Part shown: positions 41,376 through 49,879 of the stretch, one piece after another | How positions within the stretch are numbered: the first letter of the stretch is position 1 | Layout: each line of letters begins with the position of its first letter | NCBI GenBank assembly: GCA_000092065.1 | Contig: CP000595.1 | Length of the DNA stretch: 64,000 nt | Strand: one strand, 5' to 3' | Source: Ostreococcus lucimarinus | Lineage: Eukaryota | The notes under the pieces: generated by a model | What the model saw: only the letters and a program-made list of their open reading frames with translations | Told to the model about the DNA's origin: nothing | Database searches by the model: none | Translations under genes and position numbers: made by a program

Positions 41376-43196
41376 CTATCGCCGCGCTCGCTCGACGTGG
41401 GAGCGAGTGTGTGGGGTGTGGTACATGCGCGCCCAAGCGGCGAGGGCCTCGCGTCGGAACGGCGGTCGGTCCACCGCCGTGTCGCCGCCGAGCAAGAACG
41501 TGGCCAAACAACGCGATCCTTCGTCATCGTGACGGCCGCCCCACACTGCATCAATGCCGGTGAGTGCGAAAAAGGCTTCTCCTGGAGGCGGGGCGCCGTT
41601 TGGGGGCCAGTCTTCTCCCGACCAATACGAAGAATCGCGACCGGCGTCTGGAAAAAATTCAAAGCCGCAATGTGCCCCACAGCGCGGGCACAAGATCGGT
41701 AGCCATGCGTATCCTTCGAACCAAGAAAACTCAGGATGTGGCTCATCGGTATCCAGGACGACATCGGTGGTTCGATCGAGGAGCTCGTACGGACTCGTCG
41801 ACCAAAGCTCGCGCAAGCTTTCATTTTCGACAGTGCTCAAATCGACGGCGTTGCGCGCAAAGACCGCGTATCTATCGTACCAACCTCCGGGATTGAAAAA
41901 GATTTTACTCCTGACCGCAGTCGGAACAGTGTCTCGCAACTCAACAGAATCGGTGCGGAATCCGTCGATGTTTGAAAATTGCCGCATCATTCGAGTCGTC
42001 GTCAATACGAAGCCGCATCGATGCGTCACCGGAACGTGATTTGGCGGCATGACGGCTTCGAGCTGCAACCTGCTTAAAATCAAAGACAGACGAGAGTACG
42101 CGTCATCAATCGAGAGGACGAGCCAGCGAAACTGAGTGTCCAAAGCGATCGAAGGTATGGCATGAAGACACCAAAATGAAAATTCCGAGGGATGTCTGGC
42201 GCCGACGGGAAGCGACTCCTCGACGACTTGACGCAATGCCTCTTCCTTCCACGCGACTGCGTCCGTGAACTCGCGTTTGCTTTCGCTCAGGTAATCTAAA
42301 ATTTTTCCCATCAATTTTCTGCTATCGTGCACTCGATTATCGCGCTTGTGCACCCCCAGAGTATAAACGTTGATGCCGCTCGGCGCGAAGACGTCGTCGA
42401 GCGCGACGGGTGGGAACAACGACATGTCGTGCATGCTGTTGAAAGCGTTCTCTCGCGCCTTTGTCGTGTCGAAATCATCGGGAAACTCGCACCAAACGAT
42501 GTTTAACGCGCGGAACTCCACGAAGCAGGGCGTCCGATGAATCCATTGACACAGCGTCCCGACGCATCCAAACGTCGCCCCTCTCGCCGGCTCGTGCCCC
42601 TCTTCGGTCACACCGGTCGCATTCGACGCATCGAGCGCGAACACCACCAATCCCGTCGAGCGTCGCCGGACGGCACCGTCATCCCCATCATCGAGCGAGC
42701 CGTCTCGAAACGCGTCCTCGGGCGTCGTCGTCTCGCGCGTCCCCTCCAACCCCCAACCTTGCTCGACGCCATCGCGCGCGTACGCCACCAACTCTCGCGT
42801 TCGTCTCGCCGCGCTTCGCCGTCGCCACAACCACGTCGCGCTCTCCGTCGGCGCCTCGATCCTTTCTCCCGGCACTAATCCCGCGAGCGCCGACGTCGCC
42901 TCGACGAACGCGCACGGCGGCGCCGCGTCCATCTTCGACCCACCGCCTCGGCGTCCGCGGTCGTACCTCCACGCGCGCGCGCGCGCGCTTTCGACCGCTC
43001 TCCCGTACGTCTCGAACGCCCGCTTCGCGTCGATCCATCGTCGCGCGGCGTCGCCGTTCGTCTCGAACGCGTCCACCGCGTCGTCGTTCGCGGCGACGCC
43101 TCGACCGAGCGCGGCGACGTCGGCGCGATCGCGCGCGCCGTCGCCGCGTCCCGTGCGCACGGTGACGCGCGGGTACGCGTCGTCGAAGAGGTCCAT
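41376..43196 (-). CDS. CULT-domain (cereblon/Lon-N-like) protein
   Basis: C-terminal CULT signature SWFEGYAWLPILCPRCGAHCGFEFF resembles the cereblon thalidomide-binding-domain core (WFPGYAW..CxxC..GWKF). The N-terminal 250 aa are low-complexity and may be over-extended. Confidence 0.5.
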   Translation of the reverse strand: MDLFDDAYPRVTVRTGRGDGARDRADVAALGRGVAANDDAVDAFETNGDAARRWIDAKRAFETYGRAVESARARAWRYDRGRRGGGSKMDAAPPCAFVEATSALAGLVPGERIEAPTESATWLWRRRSAARRTRELVAYARDGVEQGWGLEGTRETTTPEDAFRDGSLDDGDDGAVRRRSTGLVVFALDASNATGVTEEGHEPARGATFGCVGTLCQWIHRTPCFVEFRALNIVWCEFPDDFDTTKARENAFNSMHDMSLFPPVALDDVFAPSGINVYTLGVHKRDNRVHDSRKLMGKILDYLSESKREFTDAVAWKEEALRQVVEESLPVGARHPSEFSFWCLHAIPSIALDTQFRWLVLSIDDAYSRLSLILSRLQLEAVMPPNHVPVTHRCGFVLTTTRMMRQFSNIDGFRTDSVELRDTVPTAVRSKIFFNPGGWYDRYAVFARNAVDLSTVENESLRELWSTSPYELLDRTTDVVLDTDEPHPEFSWFEGYAWLPILCPRCGAHCGFEFFPDAGRDSSYWSGEDWPPNGAPPPGEAFFALTGIDAVWGGRHDDEGSRCLATFLLGGDTAVDRPPFRREALAAWARMYHTPHTRSHVERARR

Positions 43197-43309
43197 GCGC
43201 GGCGCCGCGCGACGACGACGACGACGACGGCGACGCGCGGCGACGTGCCGGTAACACTATTCGTTTTCATCACTCCGCGACGCACGACGACGGGTGTTGC
43301 GCGCGCGCG

Positions 43310-44683
43310 ATGGGCGCGCGCGCGCGATGGGCGCGCGCGATGGCGGCGGTGACGATGGTGACGCTCGCGACGTCGATCGCGGCGGCCGAACGCGTCGAAC
43401 GGGAGGACGCGGTGCGAATGTATTACGTCAACGCGCGCGGTGCGACGACGAAGCGATTGGAGATGGAGCGCGCGGTGGTGGCGCTGGACGCGCGCGCGCG
43501 AAGGATCGAGCGCGTGGACGCGAAGAGACGATCGACGCTGCTGATGACGTACGAAACGGCGACGTGTGGACGCGGAAGATTCGCGCCGAGCGCGCACGCG
43601 GAGCGACGAGAACGATTCGGCGAGGAGTACTTGAACGCGCTGGGGACGTCGCTGTCGCACCTGGAGGCGGTGTACGCGGCGTACGACGACGGGGCGAGCG
43701 TTGCGTTGATCATGGAGGACGATGCGCGATGGGACTTGCTGCCGACGTGGTCGAGCGATTTGGAGAAATTCGTGGAGCGGTTGCCGGAAGACTGGACCGT
43801 GACGCAGTTGTCGGCGCTCGGCGATTACGCCGAGACGACGAAATTGTTTTACGATTGGCAGCGCGAGCGAAAGAATGCGCCGGGACAGAGTTTGACGACA
43901 TTACCCAAAGGTTCGCGGCGTTTGAGCGGTACGCAGGCGTATCTGATCAGTCGTAAGGGGATGAGTAGATTAGTGAAGGCGTATCGATCGCCTGCTGGAA
44001 AAACGGATGTGTGTTCAATGACGTGCGTGGAGCTCGAGGAGTGCGTCTTGGCCGACGGTGTGCACTTGGATGAGAAGTATAGAGTCGCCACGCCGCCACT
44101 ATTTGTCGAACGCTCCCCAAGCAGCGACTTTCTCGATTCGTCGCGAAATATGATTCTCAGCTGGGCCGTCTCGCTGTCGCTGACTCAAGGCAAGGCGGCA
44201 AATTTGCGCATGGACGGAGATATGATTCGCGATGTTTTGGCGGAAGGCTTGAAAGTTCCCGAACACTTGAAGCCCAACACGTTCATGGAGCATTTCAATT
44301 ACCATTGCAAGCTCAATCACGGCGGTGGTTCAAAGTGTTCGATCAAAAAGGCGTACTTGGTCAACCAAAAGCCGCCACGGATGGAAGAGCCAGCTCTGGC
44401 CGAAGAAGCGCCCGTAGACGCCGAAGAAAATTTCCGAGGTCACAATGCATCCGCATTAGGTCGCGTGGTGATGTCTCGTCGAGATCTCGCTCCGAAAGAA
44501 ACGAGTATCTGGTCCGAGTATTCCAAATCGACGCCCTTCATTTCGATGTTCGTCTTCGGCGCGTTGACGACGTTTGTGCTCGCGGCGAGCTTCGTGTTCG
44601 CCAAAACACGCCCCGAGTCGTCCAGGGACGAGTTACAGACCATTCTCCCTATAGATCCGCAAACTGAGGAGTATTATTCCTAA
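43310..44683 (+). CDS. Glycosyltransferase family 25-like membrane protein
   Basis: N-terminal signal anchor, GT25-like MYYVNARGATTKRLEMER...ERVDA and SLSHLEAV...IMEDDA blocks, and a C-terminal TM helix. Confidence 0.5.
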   Translation: MGARARWARAMAAVTMVTLATSIAAAERVEREDAVRMYYVNARGATTKRLEMERAVVALDARARRIERVDAKRRSTLLMTYETATCGRGRFAPSAHAERRERFGEEYLNALGTSLSHLEAVYAAYDDGASVALIMEDDARWDLLPTWSSDLEKFVERLPEDWTVTQLSALGDYAETTKLFYDWQRERKNAPGQSLTTLPKGSRRLSGTQAYLISRKGMSRLVKAYRSPAGKTDVCSMTCVELEECVLADGVHLDEKYRVATPPLFVERSPSSDFLDSSRNMILSWAVSLSLTQGKAANLRMDGDMIRDVLAEGLKVPEHLKPNTFMEHFNYHCKLNHGGGSKCSIKKAYLVNQKPPRMEEPALAEEAPVDAEENFRGHNASALGRVVMSRRDLAPKETSIWSEYSKSTPFISMFVFGALTTFVLAASFVFAKTRPESSRDELQTILPIDPQTEEYYS

Positions 44684-44723
44684 TAATAAATCTTTGTTGT
44701 ATTAAAGACACCTAGCTATAGCT

Positions 44724-45269
44724 CTATTCGTCCGACTCTGGCGGTTGCATTCGTTTCGCGTTTATAATCTTGTCCTTCAGCTCGGTGTAGTCCCCGGTGA
44801 AATCGAAAATCAACCCGAGATTGTCCACAATCTGATGCCACACCTCGCACTCACCACACTGCACCCACATCGTCCCCCGTTCGAGGACCTCAGGGTTGAT
44901 CATCCGCATCGTTCGCCCCTCGCACTTGTTACACGTAAACGTCATCTGCACGCGCCGTCGCGTTCGCGGCAGCTGCACGCTCGCTCGCCCCTCTTCTTCG
45001 CCCTCGTCATCGCTTGACGATGTACCACCGTCACCCAAGACGTTGACGCGCGCCACCGATCGCGCGCGCGCGAGCGGGACGTCGTCGCGACGTCGCGCGA
45101 AGAGTCGCGTCGAGAGCGACGGCGCGCGCGCGAGGACGACCGAGGCGGCCCGAGAGCGACGCGCGACGCGCGAGGACGAGGGCGTGCATGCGGATGTTGT
45201 GCTGCGCTCGCGCGCACGCGCGAACGGCGACACGCGCCCCGGTCGGGCGAGGGTGAGGGCGAAGGACAT
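44724..45269 (-). CDS. DNL-type zinc-finger protein (Tim15/Zim17/HEP-like Hsp70 escort), organelle-targeted
   Basis: FTCNKCEGRTMRMINPEVLERGTMWVQCGECEVWHQIVDNLG matches the zf-DNL C4 ribbon after a presequence. Confidence 0.8.
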   Translation of the reverse strand: MSFALTLARPGRVSPFARARERSTTSACTPSSSRVARRSRAASVVLARAPSLSTRLFARRRDDVPLARARSVARVNVLGDGGTSSSDDEGEEEGRASVQLPRTRRRVQMTFTCNKCEGRTMRMINPEVLERGTMWVQCGECEVWHQIVDNLGLIFDFTGDYTELKDKIINAKRMQPPESDE

Positions 45270-45454
45270 GACGCGCCGCGCGCGCTGCGTTGTGACGACG
45301 AGCTCACTCAGATGTGATTGATCGTTCTGGTCGCATATGAATTACATAACTCGCTATACATTCGGAACATCAATCACTGCTAGCAATCGTAATGACTAAA
45401 TCCGTCGTCGTTCTCCAAGCGCGTCATCGTCGCGCGCGTCGTCGCTTGCGCGAG

Positions 45455-46789
45455 CTTACGCGAGGGAGGCGAGGAGGGCGCTGGCGGTCTCTTGGACATC
45501 AGCAAGAAGCGCGGTGGCGGCTTCTTGGTCCTTTTGGCGGATGGAGAAGTCGAGGTTTTCGAGCTTCTTGTAGAAGGCCTTGGCTTGCGCGGCGTCCGCA
45601 CCCTTGATTTCGACGAGGTTGTTGATGTCGAAGCGGAGGGTACCGACTTGGCGGCGAAGCTCGTTGGACGCTTGGGTCCAGTACTTCTTGCCGACGTACT
45701 CACCAACATCCTTGTTGATGCGAGTCTATAAATCGTAAGTGGCACATTGCATCGTCAGTCTCTCATTCGTCGTCCTCGTCACGTTCGTCGTCGTCATTCG
45801 CCGCGTTTCGCGTCGAGCGCCGCACGCACCACAGACTCCGTCGCGCGCGCCGCGGTTTCCTTTTGCGAAAGCTTTTGGAAAGAGAAGCGGGACGGGCCAT
45901 CGGATCGCGGCTTTTGGTCCAATTCCAAGTCACGAGCCTTCGCGCGCACGAAATTTGTCAACAGTCAGTCTCGAGCTCTCGCGCGCGTTCGCTCGCCTCA
46001 ACCACCCTCCACTCGCCCGATCGATCGATCCGGGCGGATTCGAGCGAATCTCGCGAGATTCGAGGGCGCGACGCGATTTTACGCGTAAATAGCGCTTCGA
46101 GAGCGTTGAATACGGTATTCGACCCCCCGAATGGGTTTTCCACGCTCGCATCGATCGACGCGACCGGCCCGGGTTCGACCGGTCGTCCAGGTTCGACGCA
46201 CCTCGTAGATGAGCTGCAACCCGGTTTGGTTCTCCACGCGCTTGTCCGTGAGCTCGATGCCCGTCGCCGCGAACGCGGCCGGGGTCGCGCTCAAGACGAC
46301 CGCCGTGACGGCGGCGAGGGACACAGCCTGTGCGCGCGCGATAAAATCCAGCACACGCGCGATCGCGAGTTCGCACGCGACGCGCGCTCGAGCGTCGGAC
46401 GACGCGCGCGCGCGCGGGATGACGATCGATCGCGAATGCGATAGCGATCCACGCCCCGCGCGAATGTGCGCGCGCGTCGACGTCGAGCGCGCGTCGGTGG
46501 ACGCGATCGCGCGTTTACGGAGCGGGGCGATTCGGTCAGTCGAAATTCATTCGATCGTTCGCGCGCGTCCCGGGCGTCGAAAGCGCGTCGGACGCGTCGA
46601 CGCGTGCGCGATAGAATCGCATCATCACCATCGTTCGCGCTCGTATCAACCATCGATCGCTCGATCGCGGGTCCGTACCTTGTTCGCCGAGGCCTTGACG
46701 ACCGTGTTCGCCTTGACGGACTTCGAGGTGGTGATCTTTTGGGCGATGGCCTTACCGGTGAAGGCGGACGTGGACGCGGCGACAGACAT
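45455..46789 (-). CDS. psbQ: Photosystem II oxygen-evolving enhancer protein 3 (PsbQ), four exons: complement(join(45455..45724,45829..45936,46202..46327,46679..46789))
   Basis: Not in the ORF track. Exon 1 is an S/T/K-rich stromal transit peptide (MSVAASTSAFTGKAIAQK...) ending AAG|GTACGG. Exon 2 is a hydrophobic lumenal signal with AFA|A cleavage site (AVSLAAVTAVVLSATPAAFA-ATGIELTDKRVENQTGLQLIYE). Exons 3 and 4 (ARDLELDQKPRSDGPSRFSFQKLSQKETAARATESV / TRINKDVGEYVGKKYWTQASNELRRQVGTLRFDINNL...FYKKLENLDFSIRQKDQEAATALL...) align with the PsbQ mature region (..[50 protein letters not shown]..). All introns are GT..AG and phase 0, two with ACTGAC branch motifs. Mature length is about 147 aa. Confidence 0.7.
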
Positions 46790-46961
46790 GGTCGAACGTT
46801 CGTGTGCGATGCGAAGTGCGGGTCGCGCCGGGCGCGCGCGGGATCGGATCGAGGTCGCGGCGGACTCGAGGTCGCTCGGGGGGGGGGGGTCGGCGCGAGT
46901 CAGGATTCGACGTGTAGGGTTTTCGACACGAATGTCACAACATTAGGCGCGACGCGCACGA

Positions 46962-49844
46962 TTATACGGGCGTACCGCCCCGATCTCGATCTCGATCTCG
47001 ATCTCGATCTCGATCTCGATCCGCGGACTCGCGCGTGAAGCCGTCTCGACCGTTCTCGTTTGGGCAATACTTTGCCACGCCGTCGTCCGAGATGGGCACG
47101 ACAGATTGTTCGCCGGCGTCGTAACTGATCGACGGCGACCACACGAGCTGGATGGTTTCGCCGACGTTCTCGAAGGAGTGAATCCAACCGCACGGCATGA
47201 ATAAAATGTCGCCCGCCTCGACGACGGCGCCGAAGCCGCGCGAACGCGCGATTTTGGGTTGTTTGTCCAAGTCGACGTTGAAGGCGTTCCCCAGATAGAC
47301 GGGATTGTACAACTCTTCACCGCCGACGCGCGCGGAGAGCGGGTAGAGGTTTTCCTCATCGGCGCGATCCCAGACGACGGCGCGTTTCGAGCCTTGAACC
47401 ACTAAAACCATCACGTGAGCCGGTTTGGCGTGATGATGCGCGTGATACGCTCGAACGCCATCGCCACTGGCGAAGAGCATAAACTTTTTGAACTCCGTAG
47501 GTCGCTCGCGAAAGAGTATCTTGGAGATATACGACCAGTCTCCGCGCAATTTCGTTTCGACAGCTGCTTTGACGCGTTCGGCGAGTGCCGGACATTGTTC
47601 AATAATGTGCCACGAGTGTACGCTCGGTGGCCATAAATTATCCGCTGGGTGTAAAAAGTCCACGCCGCGTTTTCTGGCTATTTTGGATTCCCCCATCAAC
47701 TCACTATCGAAAAAATCTCTCAGTGTTTTAATCTTTCCTTTGCCTTCGAGAAAATCCAACGTTTCATTCAGCGTCAAACCTCGTGTCGTTTCGAGACGTT
47801 CGGAAAGATCTCGCAAAAGTTTTTGATGCGTCGTTTTCGTCATAGACTGGAACAATGGCACTATTTTCGACCCCAAGTCGGCGAATGCATCGCCGCATAA
47901 ATCTAAAATGAGCTCTCGCGTCACGACGCTTCGTAGCACAGTTGCAAGGTTAGCGTTTTCGATCACCACTGGTTGCCCTTCCTTGACGTATTTCCGCTCG
48001 AACGCGTCAATTGATAGTGTAGATGCGTCAACGCGCTCGATGTTGTTCCACTGAAAACTCGGATCGCTCGACGACAGCAGCAGCGGTATATCATCATGTT
48101 GCGGCGCCTCGACCGTCGGCGCGCGTTTGTTTCGTTGATGATCCTCAACTCTTTCGCCACGACCGAGGTTGGCTTGATCATCTTGAATTCGAACTAAAGA
48201 CTCTAGGAAAGACGTAACACTTTGGGCATCGTTCGGTCCGATGAAACTCTGTGCGATCGCATTCAACTCCTTATGATTTCGCACATACGGCCCAAAGTGT
48301 GACGTTTTCATCTCGCGTCTGGCTTTTAGTGACTCTTCCACGGGCCACGGACAATTTAATGGATCGCAACACGGCGCATTAATGTCATACTGACTTTCTG
48401 CTTGAAGCAAAGTAGTCTTAAGCGCACCCTCAAAGCCGTAACGATTCAATAAAGTCGCGCGATCTTTCAGAAAGGCGACATCTTCTTCGGCGATGCTGTA
48501 CTTTTCCATCAACTCCTCTATTGTTGCGTCAGTGACTTCCGCCAAAAACGCGCTAAACGTGGAAGGAAACGTGCGGTGAATGGCACCCCCCTCCACCCAA
48601 CATCTGTAATCTAAGATAGCTCCGATAGTCGGTGACCAGTTTCCGTTTTCAAGCTCCACGATGCACGCCGGTTTAGTTTCGTTGGCAGACTTTGCGTGGC
48701 ACCTTTCCATCCACGGCAAAGTTTTTTCTTTCTCATAGATCACATAACCTGCAACATAGTGCCAGTGATGGCGCGTCCCGGGAATGCTCACTGTGCTGGT
48801 TTCGTCCTCACGTTTCAACATGTCCTCGTTGTCTATCAGCATCAACGACCCTTTGGCTTCGTCGATGAAGATGTTGAATATATTTCTGTCGTGGTTACCA
48901 AGGAGGAAGTCCATCAGAGTCATCCCTATGACGTCCTCTCGCTTAAGTCGCGATACAACGAGAAAAAGTTCTTTCGTCATCATGTTCTGGCCTGGTCTGG
49001 CACCATTGATATCAGTTGGCGCGATTCCCTTTGCCCAGTCTGTGACGAGAACGTGAGTGTTTTGCTTTCCACCAAGAGAACGTGTGTCGCGTGGCGTGAA
49101 AAACTTCAAAGTCTTTGCCTCCGTAGGCGACACAAGTCGCCCGAACCCCATTGTTTCGATCAATCGATGGATGGCTGATATCCTTTCCGGGGATCGATCA
49201 CGCTGACTGTGGAAACCGCCACACGTTTCGTCAACCGGCGTCGCGTTTGCGTGTTGACGAAATTGTCCACGAATACCGCACCAAGCCTTGACGCTCACCT
49301 TTTTCCCTTCGCTCGTAACTCCTCGCAACACCATTGCCTCAGATTTGCCGACATACCTCCCTGGATTTCCCGCGTCGATGCGCTCAACTTTGACGTCGCA
49401 GTCGCAGCGCTCGCACCACCCACGCGAGTCGACGACGTCGTCTTCGCCCAGCTCGGAATGAGGCACGCATGTGGAGCAAGACGAACACGTCTCAAAGCTC
49501 GCGCGTGTACGCTTGTGATTTGTGTCTGCCCCGCGTTCATCGTCACTATCTTTCCGCACGTCGGCGTCGGCGTAATCAGCGTCAGCGACACCATCGGCGA
49601 GTTTCAGCGCTCTAACAGCAATCGTCTCGCGACGCGGCGACGTCCTCGTGAGTGCGACGGTGAGCACGCACACGAACGCGATAGAATAACACGGTGGTTT
49701 CCACCGCGCGGGCCTTCGACGCCTCTTCGTGGCGTGATGCCACATCGGAGGCGCGGAGTGACGTCGGGACGGCGACAAGCGAGAAGGCGTCGTAGAACGC
49801 ATGGGAACTAAAGCGACGCGTGCGTAACGAATGCGCTGCTTCAA
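46962..49844 (-). CDS. JmjC (cupin) domain protein with an N-terminal kinase-like domain and C-terminal (DR)6 tail
   Basis: C-terminal JmjC fold (HAHHHA..., ILFMPCGWIHSFENVG). The N-half contains a catalytic-loop-like LLGNHDRNIFNIF...LIDNE segment of uncertain family. The last codons are translated from a (GATCTC)n microsatellite. Confidence 0.65.
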   Translation of the reverse strand: MKQRIRYARVALVPMRSTTPSRLSPSRRHSAPPMWHHATKRRRRPARWKPPCYSIAFVCVLTVALTRTSPRRETIAVRALKLADGVADADYADADVRKDSDDERGADTNHKRTRASFETCSSCSTCVPHSELGEDDVVDSRGWCERCDCDVKVERIDAGNPGRYVGKSEAMVLRGVTSEGKKVSVKAWCGIRGQFRQHANATPVDETCGGFHSQRDRSPERISAIHRLIETMGFGRLVSPTEAKTLKFFTPRDTRSLGGKQNTHVLVTDWAKGIAPTDINGARPGQNMMTKELFLVVSRLKREDVIGMTLMDFLLGNHDRNIFNIFIDEAKGSLMLIDNEDMLKREDETSTVSIPGTRHHWHYVAGYVIYEKEKTLPWMERCHAKSANETKPACIVELENGNWSPTIGAILDYRCWVEGGAIHRTFPSTFSAFLAEVTDATIEELMEKYSIAEEDVAFLKDRATLLNRYGFEGALKTTLLQAESQYDINAPCCDPLNCPWPVEESLKARREMKTSHFGPYVRNHKELNAIAQSFIGPNDAQSVTSFLESLVRIQDDQANLGRGERVEDHQRNKRAPTVEAPQHDDIPLLLSSSDPSFQWNNIERVDASTLSIDAFERKYVKEGQPVVIENANLATVLRSVVTRELILDLCGDAFADLGSKIVPLFQSMTKTTHQKLLRDLSERLETTRGLTLNETLDFLEGKGKIKTLRDFFDSELMGESKIARKRGVDFLHPADNLWPPSVHSWHIIEQCPALAERVKAAVETKLRGDWSYISKILFRERPTEFKKFMLFASGDGVRAYHAHHHAKPAHVMVLVVQGSKRAVVWDRADEENLYPLSARVGGEELYNPVYLGNAFNVDLDKQPKIARSRGFGAVVEAGDILFMPCGWIHSFENVGETIQLVWSPSISYDAGEQSVVPISDDGVAKYCPNENGRDGFTRESADRDRDRDRDRDRDRGGTPV
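46982..47020. repeat. (GATCTC)6.5 hexanucleotide microsatellite, coding for the (DR)6 C-terminal tail of the JmjC protein
   Basis: Read directly from the sequence. It lies within the final 20 codons of ORF 46962..49844. Confidence 0.9.
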
Positions 49845-49879
49845 TCACGATAAGTCTATCTATTGATTATTGCTTAATA

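Noticed and set aside
45380-45745. ORF 45380..45745 (-) of 121 aa and ORF 45492..45731 (+)
   Set aside because: They are out-of-frame relative to the PsbQ terminal exon, which has the strong homology and a TATAG acceptor at 45725. These ORFs are S/T/P/K-rich with no motifs.
46079-46354. ORF 46079..46354 (-) as a stand-alone gene
   Set aside because: Only its first 42 codons, from the CACAG acceptor to the GTGCGT donor at 46201, are used as PsbQ exon 2. The remainder (VRRTWTTG...) is intron read-through.
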